Assembly (NCBI GenBank): GCA_963806485.1
Contig: CAWDXY010000004.1
Coordinates: forward strand, 613,801-677,800
Direction: 5' to 3'
Source: an uncultured delta proteobacterium
GTDB taxonomy: Bacteria; Desulfobacterota; Binatia; Binatales; Binataceae
DNA length: 64,000 nt
This document shows, in pieces, positions 19,434 through 28,934 of this stretch. The notes under the pieces are model-generated. The model was not told the DNA's origin and did not search any database. It saw nothing but the letters and a program-made list of their open reading frames with translations. The position numbers and the translations under genes were made by a program. The number at the start of each line of letters is the position of its first letter. Position 1 is the stretch's first letter.

Positions 19434-21848
19434 ATGGCTGGAGCGAAATGGCCGATTACGTGGGATGCGCGCTGGATTTGGGCGGGGCCTGCGCCACTGC
19501 CGGTCTCGCCGATCGGAGCGGCGGGAATTCCGCCGAAGGAAACCTGGAATCGATTCTGCTACCTGCGACGGACGGTGCAACTCGAATCGGTCCAGGCGTC
19601 GGTCCCGGCACGCGTGACGGCCGACTCGCGCTTCGTGATGTTCGTCAACGGCGTCGAGGTCGCGCGCGGACCGGCGCGTTCAATACCCGAGCGGCTGGCA
19701 TGGACGGAGATCGATCTCGCGCCGTATCTTCGCACGGGCAGAAACGCGATCGCGTCGCTGGTGCGGTTCTATGGGTTCCCGGGACCGTGGTGGCGGCCGG
19801 CTGCGCCGAGCTTCCTGCTGGGTTTCGGATCGTTCGCGTTTGAGTCGCCGGCTATCGGCGTGACTTCGGACGCGACATGGAAAGGACGCGCCGCGCCGTA
19901 TCAGCAGGACGTGGTACGGAGCGCGGCGCTGCCCGTGCCGCCGATCGAAATCCTCGACGGCGCCGCGATTCCAGCCGTGTGGAACGAAGCGGCGTTCGAT
20001 GATTCCGATTGGCTGCCCGCCGTCGAATTGTCGGCCGGCACTTTTTCGCACAATCGCACGAGAATCCCGGTCGAGCCTTTCACCGCGCCCGAGCCCGACG
20101 AAATTGCGCCGCTGACTTCCATTCCGGTCGCGCTGAATGAACTCTCACGCCACGGCGTCGCGGCACTCGACAGCGACGATCCGCGCGGCGCGTATCCTTC
20201 GGCGGAAGATAGCGCGGACGGTCCCGACACGATCGTAAATTTCGAAGCGGGCATGATCACGCTCGCGACGCCGTGGGCCGTAGTGCGCGGTCCCGCGGGA
20301 TCAACCGTCGACGTGTACTGCGGCGAGGATCTGCGCGCCGATGGCAGTGCGGAAACCAATCCGCGACAATTTGCAATGCGTTACATGGTGCGCGGCGACG
20401 CTCCTGAACGGTTCGAGTCGTACGAGTCGGTCGGGTTTCGCTACCTGTCGATCGTCGCGCGCGGCGGTGCGCAGGTCGAATCGGCGGGCGCAGTGGAGCG
20501 GCGCTATCCGCGCGGTGACGAGGCGTACTTCGAGTGCGACGATCCGGCGCTCAACAAAATCTGGCGGGTTGGCGCGCGCACGCTCGAACTCTGTTCGACT
20601 GACGCCTTCATCGACTGTCCCGGCCGCGAGCAGCGCGCGTGGCTCGGCGATTCGTACATCCACGCGCTGCTGACGTATGTGACCAACACCGATTGGCGGC
20701 TGGTGCGGCGCCATCTGCGCATCTGCGCCCATTCGCGACGCGGCGACGGCCTGCTGGCGATGGCCGCCGCGTGCGATTTTTCGATTTCCTCGACCACTAT
20801 CCCGGACTATTCGCTGCATTGGATTCGCGCGCTCGCGCGATACTTCGAGTATTCCGGCGACGCCGCGACGGTTCGCGAGCTGATGCCGACCGCGGCGGGC
20901 GTGCTGACCGCGTTCGAGCGTTATCGCGCACCTGACGGACTGATTCGCGGGATGCCGGGCTGGATTTTCATCGACTGGGCGATGACCGAGCGATCGGAAG
21001 TGACCGGCGCGCTCGACGCGCTGTACGCAGCGGCGCTGGACGACTTCGCGTCACTGGCCGAGACCGTCCTGGCGGATTCGCGCGGCGCGTTCGACGCTCG
21101 TGCGCGGGCCGAGCGGACCCGGCGCGCATTCGAATTGCTTTGGGACGAGGCAGCGGGCGTTTACGTCGACGCTGCCGATCGCAACGGCCCGCGCCGGCGA
21201 GTAAGTCAGCAGACCAACGCGATGGCAATCGTGGCTGGATGCGCGCCGCAACAGCGATGGCCCCGGATGCTCGACTACGTGCTCGATGAATCGCGCGTCG
21301 TTGTGACGCCGACGATTGCCGACAACCTGGCGGCGTACTTGAGGCAGCGGATGGACCCTGCCGAGCACATGAAGTTCGACGTCGAGCACGACGTCGTGGC
21401 GGCGCAGCCATTTTTTTCGCATCTCGTTCACGATGCGATCGTTCGCGCCGGCCGCCGCCATCTGATTCCCGCGCGATGCATGAAATGGTGGCCGCAGATC
21501 GAACGCGGCGACACCGCATTCGAGGAGTACTGGGACGCGCGCGCCGGCACTGGGAGCCGATGTCACGCATGGTCGGCGACGCCGACCTATGATTTGACCA
21601 CCTGGGTGCTTGGCGTAAGACCGGCCGCGCCGGGCTACTCGCGCGTGGAGATCGCGCCGCTGTTCGGCTCGCTCAGGCATCTCGAAGGCCGCGTTCCGAC
21701 TCCGTACGGGCTCATCGAAGTGCGTCTGGATCGCGAGGCGGGCGGCGAGATCGTGATTCCGGACGGGGTCGCGGCGTCCGTGCGCTTCGGCGACGCGCTA
21801 CTCACAGGCGGCGAATTCGCTTCCGGACGCCATCGCATCTCCCGTTGA
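19434..21848 (+). CDS. Glycoside hydrolase family 78 (alpha-L-rhamnosidase-like)
   Basis: FIDCPGREQRAWLGD, FEEYW, SRCHAWSATP, and a C-terminal GRVPTPYG beta domain. Confidence 0.85.
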   Translation: MAGAKWPITWDARWIWAGPAPLPVSPIGAAGIPPKETWNRFCYLRRTVQLESVQASVPARVTADSRFVMFVNGVEVARGPARSIPERLAWTEIDLAPYLRTGRNAIASLVRFYGFPGPWWRPAAPSFLLGFGSFAFESPAIGVTSDATWKGRAAPYQQDVVRSAALPVPPIEILDGAAIPAVWNEAAFDDSDWLPAVELSAGTFSHNRTRIPVEPFTAPEPDEIAPLTSIPVALNELSRHGVAALDSDDPRGAYPSAEDSADGPDTIVNFEAGMITLATPWAVVRGPAGSTVDVYCGEDLRADGSAETNPRQFAMRYMVRGDAPERFESYESVGFRYLSIVARGGAQVESAGAVERRYPRGDEAYFECDDPALNKIWRVGARTLELCSTDAFIDCPGREQRAWLGDSYIHALLTYVTNTDWRLVRRHLRICAHSRRGDGLLAMAAACDFSISSTTIPDYSLHWIRALARYFEYSGDAATVRELMPTAAGVLTAFERYRAPDGLIRGMPGWIFIDWAMTERSEVTGALDALYAAALDDFASLAETVLADSRGAFDARARAERTRRAFELLWDEAAGVYVDAADRNGPRRRVSQQTNAMAIVAGCAPQQRWPRMLDYVLDESRVVVTPTIADNLAAYLRQRMDPAEHMKFDVEHDVVAAQPFFSHLVHDAIVRAGRRHLIPARCMKWWPQIERGDTAFEEYWDARAGTGSRCHAWSATPTYDLTTWVLGVRPAAPGYSRVEIAPLFGSLRHLEGRVPTPYGLIEVRLDREAGGEIVIPDGVAASVRFGDALLTGGEFASGRHRISR

Positions 21849-21911
21849 CCTAACTCGGCCCGACAGCGATAAGAATAGCCAATTTGACCCGAGGCACTCG
21901 GTTAACCGTGT

Positions 21912-21939
21912 CAATCCGGTGTCCATCGCGCGACGTATC
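21912..21939 (+). promoter_or_regulatory. Candidate ECF autoregulatory promoter
   Basis: CAATCC-N16-CGTATC directly upstream of the ECF sigma gene, resembling ATCC...CGTA ECF promoter types. Confidence 0.35.
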
Positions 21940-21954
21940 TAAAGTAGAAGCCAG

Positions 21955-22515
21955 GTGGTGACTCCGGCCGACAACAGGGTTTCCGATGAAGCACTCGTGT
22001 CTGCCATGGCCGCCGGCGACCAGGATGCCTTGGCCACGCTGAATCAACGTTATGGAAGGGCGCTCAGCGCAGTCGCAGATCGAATCCTGCGCGACCGGGA
22101 CGACGCCGAAGAAGTCGCGGCGGATGTCTTGTGGCAACTCTGGCGCGAGGCGGGGCGATTCGATCGCAGCCGGGGCTCGGTCGGCGCGTGGGTGATGATG
22201 ACGGTTCGAAGCCGCGCAATCGATCGACTGCGCGCCCGCAAGTCCCGCGAGCCTCGCGGCGAGGATCACGCCGAGCCCGCCGTCGCCAACGATCCATCGA
22301 ACGAGATTCACAGCGCCGAGCGACGGCGTAAAGTCGAAGGCGCACTCGCAACCCTGAACGACGGCGAACGCGACTTGATCCGGCTCGCGTATTTCTCCGA
22401 TCTGTCGCAATCCGAGATCGCTGAGCGCACCAGTATCCCACTCGGCACGGTGAAGAGCAGGATGCGCAGCGGCTTGATCAGGCTGCGGGACGCGCTTGCG
22501 GGGAGCATGGAGTAG
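21955..22515 (+). CDS. ECF RNA polymerase sigma factor (SigK-like)
   Basis: Region 2 DAEEVAADV...WRE..RFD and region 4 SQSEIAERTSIPLGTVKSRMR. Confidence 0.9.
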   Translation: MVTPADNRVSDEALVSAMAAGDQDALATLNQRYGRALSAVADRILRDRDDAEEVAADVLWQLWREAGRFDRSRGSVGAWVMMTVRSRAIDRLRARKSREPRGEDHAEPAVANDPSNEIHSAERRRKVEGALATLNDGERDLIRLAYFSDLSQSEIAERTSIPLGTVKSRMRSGLIRLRDALAGSME

Positions 22516-22521
22516 GCGCCG

Positions 22522-23412
22522 ATGGATCACGCCGAAATCAAGGATCTGATCCCGCTGAAGGCGCTTGGCCGGCTCGACGACCGGGAGGCCGGCGCGGTTG
22601 ACGAGCATCTGGGCACGCAATGCGTCGAATGCGAGCGCGAACTTTCGTCGTTTACCGATGCGCTCGCCGCGATGGCGGTAGCGGAAGCGGGCGGCGACGG
22701 TTCCGCGGATCGGATCTGGAGCCGGCTGCGAGCGCGCCTCGATGCCGAGCGCGACGAGGCACAGCCGGCGCGCGTCGCAAATCGTCCCGCGCAGCGGAGT
22801 GCGGATCGATCGGCGCGCGAATCCTCACGCGGGCGGGGCTTTGCGATGTTTGGCTCGGCGGCCGCAGCAGCGGTCGTCGCGATCGCGGCCAGCACGATTT
22901 TCTTCACAGTGCGGTTGCGCGGCGTCACTTCCGATACTTCAAATGAGATTGGAGCGCTTACCGCCCGGGTCGTCGAGGTTCAGCGCAGCCTCGATGCGAC
23001 CGGCGATCAGCTCGCCGCGCTTCAATCCAAGGTCGCCCAGACCACCGACCTGACCCTGGCCAGCCTCGGTCCCGACGCGCGAGTAATCCGTCTGGCCGGC
23101 CTGCCCGCAGCGCCTTCGGCCGGGGGAACCGTCGCGCTCAGCCGCGCCCAAGGTTCCGCGATGCTCGCGGTCAGCGGCCTTCCGCCGGCGCCTGGCGACA
23201 AAATATACGAGGTCTGGTGGATTGGCGAAAAGCAGGGCCCGCTGAAGGCGGGATTGTTTGAGCCGTTGAACCAGGGGGCGACGATTGTTTCGCTCGACCC
23301 ACCGCCGGCCGGAGAAGTTGTGCTGGCCAGCGCGATCACGCTCGAGCCAAGCGGCGGAGTCGAAAAACCAACCGGTACGATGTACCTGAAAGGCGATTTT
23401 CCGCGCCGCTAA
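22522..23412 (+). CDS. Anti-sigma factor, RskA-like
   Basis: N-terminal H-x4-CxxC (HLGTQCVEC), one TM segment, coiled coil, and C-terminal YEVWWI...AITLEPSGG..PTG. Confidence 0.85.
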   Translation: MDHAEIKDLIPLKALGRLDDREAGAVDEHLGTQCVECERELSSFTDALAAMAVAEAGGDGSADRIWSRLRARLDAERDEAQPARVANRPAQRSADRSARESSRGRGFAMFGSAAAAAVVAIAASTIFFTVRLRGVTSDTSNEIGALTARVVEVQRSLDATGDQLAALQSKVAQTTDLTLASLGPDARVIRLAGLPAAPSAGGTVALSRAQGSAMLAVSGLPPAPGDKIYEVWWIGEKQGPLKAGLFEPLNQGATIVSLDPPPAGEVVLASAITLEPSGGVEKPTGTMYLKGDFPRR

Positions 23413-23422
23413 CGGGGGTCTC

Positions 23423-24328
23423 ATGCGCAATCCGATCGATATTGCACTTCGTATATCGGGCATGGACCCGAACGAAAACACCTTCGACCTCGATCGCTAC
23501 CTGCGCTTCTCCGGCGCGACCAAGCCGGAGTGTTTCGACTGGACGGCGCCGCAGCCGCGCCTTGGCGACGACGCGCTGTTCACGATTGCCTACATGATGG
23601 ACATCGAGTCGCACACGATCGTCTATCTGCGCGACTTGCTGTCGACGCGCGTCGTTCGCGACAACCAGGTCACCGCGTTCCTGTCGTGCTGGGTGTACGA
23701 GGAATTTTTTCATTCACTGCTGCTGCGGCGCTTTCTGGCGACCCAGGGAGTTGCGATCGACGATCAGCGGTTCGCCGATTTGCGCAGCAAAACCAGTCTC
23801 GCCGATCACATAATCCGTCCCGGCATCGCGATCCTGTCGCGCCTCAACCGTCATTTTCCCGCTGTGCACATGACCTTCGGTGCGATTAACGAAATTTCGA
23901 CGCTGACCGGTTACCAGGCATTGATCGCCCGCACCGATTCGGCGCACGGGCGCTCTGACAGCCCTCGCCCGCTGCTGACAACGATCCTGGAACGAATCAT
24001 CAAGGACGAACGCCGCCACTTTGCTTTCTACTTCAACCAGGCGCGACAACGGCTTCGCACGCCCGCCGCGCGGCGCCTGACCGCATTCCTGGTGCGACAC
24101 TTCTGGACCCCGGTAGGAGTGACCGTGCGCGGCGATCCCGCGATGCGCCGGGTGTGCGCTTACTTGTTTCCCGATGAGAGCGGAGTCGAGTGCATGGCGG
24201 CGGTCGACAGGTCGATCGCGCGCCTGCCCGGCCTGGAGTGGTTCGATCTTGGTGCTCGCTACGCGCGCCGCGTCCAGGCGAGTGCGCACCGGATTTTTTT
24301 CCCCACCGAGATTACTTCCAGCGGCTAG
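23423..24328 (+). CDS. Ferritin-like diiron protein (acyl-ACP desaturase-like)
   Basis: Diiron ligand pattern DIESH, WVYEEFFH, INE and KDERRH. Confidence 0.75.
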   Translation: MRNPIDIALRISGMDPNENTFDLDRYLRFSGATKPECFDWTAPQPRLGDDALFTIAYMMDIESHTIVYLRDLLSTRVVRDNQVTAFLSCWVYEEFFHSLLLRRFLATQGVAIDDQRFADLRSKTSLADHIIRPGIAILSRLNRHFPAVHMTFGAINEISTLTGYQALIARTDSAHGRSDSPRPLLTTILERIIKDERRHFAFYFNQARQRLRTPAARRLTAFLVRHFWTPVGVTVRGDPAMRRVCAYLFPDESGVECMAAVDRSIARLPGLEWFDLGARYARRVQASAHRIFFPTEITSSG

Positions 24329-24334
24329 TTCAGC

Positions 24335-25105
24335 GTGTTCACCGGCATCGACCATGTCGCGATCGTCGTCGACGAACTGGAAGCCGCGATTGCGAATTAT
24401 TCGCGCGCCGGATTCACGGTCCTTCGCGGCGGAAGACATCCTATCGGCACACACAACGCGCTTATCGCGTTCGCGGATGGCAGCTATTTCGAGCTGATCG
24501 CATTCCTCAAGTCGAACACCGGGCATCCGTGGCAAACGGCGCTCGAGAAAGGCGGCGGCATCGTCGATTTTTGCATGGGCACCGACGATCTTGCGGCGGA
24601 CGTCGAGTCGATGCGTCGCGCGGGCGCGAAGATTGGCGATCCGTCGCCGCTGACTCGCGATCGCCCCGACGGCTATCGCCTAAGCTGGGTGCTCGCGATT
24701 CCCGCGCCTCCTTTCAGCGGCCAGCTCCCGTTTCTAATCAAGGACGACACTCCGCGCGATGAGCGCGTTCCACGCGAGCGTTCACATCGCAACGGCGCTA
24801 GCGGTATCCGCACACTCGCGATCGCCGTGAGCGATCCAGGAGCGACCAGCCGCTACTATGCGCGTGTGCTGGGACGTCCCGGCGCGCCCGTCGAGCGCGA
24901 TGATCTCGAAGCCGCGGGCGTCAGCTTCATTATCGGTCCCAACGAAGTGCAATTGCTCGCATCGAAAACCGAGAATGGACCGCTGGCGATGTGGATTAGC
25001 GAACGCGGTCAATCGCCCTTCGAGGTCGTTCTCGCGAGTGCAGGCGCTGGCGCGACGACGCTCGATCCCGCACTCCTGCAAGGCGCGCGCATGAGGTTCG
25101 CGTGA
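24335..25105 (+). CDS. VOC/glyoxalase-like protein
   Basis: IDHVAIVV, GGRHPIGTHNALI..DGSYFEL, PFLIKD. Confidence 0.8.
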   Translation: MFTGIDHVAIVVDELEAAIANYSRAGFTVLRGGRHPIGTHNALIAFADGSYFELIAFLKSNTGHPWQTALEKGGGIVDFCMGTDDLAADVESMRRAGAKIGDPSPLTRDRPDGYRLSWVLAIPAPPFSGQLPFLIKDDTPRDERVPRERSHRNGASGIRTLAIAVSDPGATSRYYARVLGRPGAPVERDDLEAAGVSFIIGPNEVQLLASKTENGPLAMWISERGQSPFEVVLASAGAGATTLDPALLQGARMRFA

Positions 25106-25133
25106 TCGCGTTGTAGTAGTATCGCTCCTCGCG

Positions 25134-26546
25134 ATGGCTCCATCGGGCAAAATTCCTCGCATCGTGATCGCGGCAACCGGCAGCGGCGTCGGCAAGACTA
25201 CGGCGACCGTCGCGTTGATGGGTGCGATGCGCGCGCGCGGCCTCAAGGTCGCGGCGTTCAAGTGCGGCCCCGACTATCTCGATCCCACCTATCACGAACG
25301 CGCCGCCGGCGTTCGCTCGCATAATCTTGACGGCTGGATGATGGATCGCGACGCGGTAGTCGCGACGTTTGCGCGCGCGTCCGCCGGCGCTGACGTCGCG
25401 GTAATCGAGGGGATGATGGGTCTGTTCGATTCGGCGACGCCGACCGGCGATGAAGGCTCGACCGCCCAGATTGCGAAGTGGCTCGACGCGCCCGTGATCC
25501 TCGTCACCGACGCGTCGGGAGTCGCGCGCACGATAGCCGCGGTGGCCGTGGGGTTTGCGCGCTTCGATCCGGCGGTTCGCGTCGCGGGCATGATTTGCAA
25601 CCGCGTCGGCTCGCGCGGGCATCTCGATCTATTGCGCGCCACGCGGCCCGAGGTGCCCATCGTCGGCGGATTTCCCGCCAGTGCCGATCTCGCTTTTCCC
25701 GAGCGCCATCTCGGCCTGCTGATGGCCGACGAATCGGCCGTGCCGCAACGGTTGCTCGACGGCTGGAGCCGGCTTGCGGCGGACTGGCTGGACCTCGAGG
25801 CGATCCTCGAGATTGCGCGCTCGGCGCCGGCACTCGAAGCCGGCTCCATGCTCGGCGCGAGCGAAATTGATTTGGCTTCGCGGCCGCGCTGCCGAATCGG
25901 CGTGGCTTGCGACGCCGCGTTTCATTTTTATTATGAAGACAATTTGAATCGGCTTCGCTCGCTCGGCGCGGAGATCGTCAACTTCTCGCCGATCCGCGAT
26001 CGCGAGTTGCCCGATGTCGACGGACTCTACTTCGGCGGCGGATATCCCGAGGTGTTTGCGCGCGAACTGTCTTCGAACCGCGCGATGCTCGCGGCTATTC
26101 GCGGCTTCGCGGCGCGCGGTGGCGTGATTTATGCTGAATGCGGCGGCCTGATGTACCTGACCGACGGCATCCGCACACTTGACGGCGCGACGTGGCCGAT
26201 GGCCGCGATCATCCCAGGCGTCGCCGCGATGTCGGACAGGTTGCAGGCGCTCGGCTACGTCGAGGTCGAGACGCGCGCCGACTCGATCCTCGGTCCCGCG
26301 CAGACGCGATTTCGAGGCCATCAGTTTCGCCACTCGACGCTCGAGGACTCTGAGAGCGGTAAGCGGATCGATCGGATCTACAATGTAGCGCCGCGATGGG
26401 GCGGCGCGCCGTTCGCCGAAGGCTATCGCATCGGAAATGTTCTCGCTTCATATGTTCATGCGCACTGGGCATCGAATCCCGATGTTGCGGAGGCCCTGGT
26501 CGGTGCGTGCGAGCGTTCGCGCGTCGCAAGACAACCGGCTGCGTAG
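25134..26546 (+). CDS. cbiA: Cobyrinate a,c-diamide synthase
   Basis: SGVGKTT, FKCGPDYLDP, EGMMGLFD, PERHLGL, glutaminase YAECGGLMYL, SYVHAHW. Confidence 0.95.
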   Translation: MAPSGKIPRIVIAATGSGVGKTTATVALMGAMRARGLKVAAFKCGPDYLDPTYHERAAGVRSHNLDGWMMDRDAVVATFARASAGADVAVIEGMMGLFDSATPTGDEGSTAQIAKWLDAPVILVTDASGVARTIAAVAVGFARFDPAVRVAGMICNRVGSRGHLDLLRATRPEVPIVGGFPASADLAFPERHLGLLMADESAVPQRLLDGWSRLAADWLDLEAILEIARSAPALEAGSMLGASEIDLASRPRCRIGVACDAAFHFYYEDNLNRLRSLGAEIVNFSPIRDRELPDVDGLYFGGGYPEVFARELSSNRAMLAAIRGFAARGGVIYAECGGLMYLTDGIRTLDGATWPMAAIIPGVAAMSDRLQALGYVEVETRADSILGPAQTRFRGHQFRHSTLEDSESGKRIDRIYNVAPRWGGAPFAEGYRIGNVLASYVHAHWASNPDVAEALVGACERSRVARQPAA

Positions 26547-26562
26547 CGTCTAGAATTGCGCC

Positions 26563-27430
26563 ATGAGTAGCGACCGTCCCAGAGCAAAATCGAGGCAAAG
26601 ACCGCCCGAAGATTCCCCGGGATTTTCCGGCCGCGCCGCTTACGCTCGAAGGCTACAGCATTCTGCATCAGATGTTCCGCGTGCGGCGTCGCGAATTGCG
26701 CGCGCTCGACCCCGCGAAACGCGACGCGGCTTTCAAGGAGGCGTCGAAGCTGTTCGGCGAGATGTCCGCGCGCGAAGACGGTGAGACCGCGCTGTTCTCC
26801 GCGCTCGGCCACAAGGGCGATCTGATGATCGTCCACTTCCGCCGCAGTTTCGAGGAACTCGGGCGCGCCGAACTCGCCGTCGCCGCGCTTGAACTCAGCG
26901 ACTACCTCGAACCGACCACGTCGTACCTGTCGGTAATCGAAATTGGCCTCTACGAGGCGACGGTCGCGCTCTATCGCCGGCTGGTCGAGAATGGTGTGGG
27001 ACCCCGCTCGCCGGAATGGAAGTCCGAGATCGAGTCCGAGATCGCGCGACAACGCGAAAAGATTCTGCCGCGGCTGTATCCGAAAATTCCCGCGCGACCT
27101 TACTTGTGCTTCTACCCGATGGACAAGAAGCGCGACGGCGCCGACAACTGGTATCGCCTGCCGATCGACGATCGCCAGCGCCTGATGCACGATCACGGAA
27201 TGGTCGGGCGGCGTTTCGCCGGCGAAGTGACGCAGATTATCTCGGGCTCGATCGGATTCGACGATTGGGAATGGGGCGTCGATCTATTCGCCGACGATCC
27301 ACTCGTGTTCAAGAAGCTCGTTTATGAGATGCGTTTCGACGAGGCCAGCGCGTCGTACGCGAAGTTCGGGCCATTTTACGTCGGCATCCGACTCGAGGCG
27401 GCCGAACTCGGCAAGATCTTCTCGACCTGA
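26563..27430 (+). CDS. chdC: Coproheme decarboxylase ChdC/HemQ (chlorite-dismutase fold); 5' end appears to need a +1 frameshift
   Basis: FYPMDK, RQRLMHDHG, GFDDWEWGV and RFDEASA. The family-like PLTLEGYSILHQMF lies upstream of ATG 26672 in the same frame with no start codon, and the nearest ATG (26563) is in another frame. Confidence 0.75.
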
Positions 27431-27474
27431 TCGGCCAACACGCGTTTCAAAAAAAATCACAGCAGGAGAAACCG

Positions 27475-28566
27475 ATGATCACGCAGGGCGACGATTATCC
27501 GATTCATCAGACGCCGGAGCCGGTCCAGCAGGTGTTCACCAGCGACCGCAACTTTTACGATCGATTTTTTTTCAACGGATACTTTCGCGAGGGCGAGCCA
27601 TACTTCGCCGCCGCGATGGGAATCTATCCGAACGTCGGAATCCTCGACTGCGCGTTCAGCGTCGTCGCCGGCGGCGTGCAGCATTGCGTGCGCGCGTCGC
27701 GGGTGCTCGGGGCAGAGCGCATGGACACGCGCGCCGGCCCGATCTCGATCGAAATCGTACGGCCGCTGCGAAGCATGCGTCTTCGCGTCGATCACGAAGC
27801 CGTGAAAGCAGACCTGATGTTCGAGGCGCGCGCCGATGCGATTGAGGAGCCTCGCTTTTCGCGCCGCGCCGGTCCGCGCCTCGTCATGGATCTCACGCGG
27901 TTCACGCAGCACGGCGGCTACAGCGGCAGCCTGACGGTAGCCGGCAAGACTTACGAAGCGAAGCCGTCACGAGTGTGGGGTTCGCGAGATCGTTCGTGGG
28001 GCGTGCGCGGAATCGGGCCGCAGGATCCCGCGGGCGTGCCGTCCGCCGCGATGGGTCAGTTCTACTGGCTGTGGTCGCCGACGAATTTCGAGGACGTCTG
28101 CACGCATTGCGACGCCATGGAAACCGCCGACGGCTCGCGATGGCATCAGTTCGGCGCCGTCACGAGCGCGGAGCACGGCGCCCCGCTCGATCTCGCAACC
28201 GGAGTCGACTTCAACATCAACTATGCTTCCGGAACGCGCCACGCCAAGACCGCCGAGATCATTTTACGTTCGCCGCGCGCCGGCGAAAACCGCGTCGAGC
28301 TGAAAACGCTCTACAACTTCTACATGCAGGGCATCGGCTACTTTCATCCGAAGTGGGGCCACGGAATGTACGTCGGCCCCGACGCCTCAACGTACGAGTC
28401 GTTCAAAACCGCCGACGTCAACGAGCGCGACTTGATGCATCAGCACATCCAGGCCGTGTGCCAGGCGAAGATGGGCTCGCGCGAGGGGATGGGAATTCTC
28501 GAGATGGCGATCCTCGGGCCGCACCAGCGCAGCGGCTTCAAGGAATTCCTCGACATGCATCCGTAG
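27475..28566 (+). CDS. Conserved hypothetical beta-rich protein (lipocalin/AttH/tocopherol-cyclase-like)
   Basis: Clean GC3-rich ORF with DDYPIHQTP, FYDRFFFN and GSRDRSWGVR. The fold call is from memory. Confidence 0.6.
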   Translation: MITQGDDYPIHQTPEPVQQVFTSDRNFYDRFFFNGYFREGEPYFAAAMGIYPNVGILDCAFSVVAGGVQHCVRASRVLGAERMDTRAGPISIEIVRPLRSMRLRVDHEAVKADLMFEARADAIEEPRFSRRAGPRLVMDLTRFTQHGGYSGSLTVAGKTYEAKPSRVWGSRDRSWGVRGIGPQDPAGVPSAAMGQFYWLWSPTNFEDVCTHCDAMETADGSRWHQFGAVTSAEHGAPLDLATGVDFNINYASGTRHAKTAEIILRSPRAGENRVELKTLYNFYMQGIGYFHPKWGHGMYVGPDASTYESFKTADVNERDLMHQHIQAVCQAKMGSREGMGILEMAILGPHQRSGFKEFLDMHP

Positions 28567-28595
28567 CGGATCGGTCTGCGGTTGGGCGATGTCGC

Positions 28596-28898
28596 TCAGT
28601 TTCTGAGCTTGCCGAGCATGCGCTCGACGAATCCGGTCGGCTTCTTTATTTCGACCGGCTGAGGCTCGCGACCTTCTTTGAGCGCCGCGAAAATCTCTTC
28701 AACTTCGCCGTCAACCGGGAAGCGGCCGGTGCTCGACTTCGAGAAGACCAGCTTGCCGTTGACGATGACATCGAACTGCCCCGATTTGCCGGCGGTGATT
28801 TCCGCCTTCTCGCCGAAGGTGGAATCCAATGAGGCGGCCAGACTGGCCGCGCGTGGCTTATAGCCTCAAGCCGAGCAGTAGAGAATTTGTGTCGCCAT
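28596..28898 (-). CDS. SelW/SelT/SelH (Rdx) family selenoprotein, CxxU
   Basis: ATG 28898 reads MATQILYCSA-UGA(28866-28868)-GYKPRAASLA in frame with GKSGQFDVIVNGKLVFSK...RFP, the Rdx signature. Confidence 0.9.
28834..28850 (-). promoter_or_regulatory. Bacterial SECIS-like hairpin
   Basis: GCGGCCA-GUC-UGGCCGC stem-loop starting 15 nt after the in-frame UGA, with GU in the loop. Confidence 0.7.
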
Positions 28899-28934
28899 AG
28901 TTAAAGCCTACGCGCCTGTTTCATACCGTACAAA

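Noticed and set aside
24335-25105. Methylmalonyl-CoA epimerase call for the VOC protein
   Set aside because: Its length (256 aa) and the GGRHP.GTHN motif fit a different glyoxalase-like family. The epimerase metal ligands could not be confirmed.
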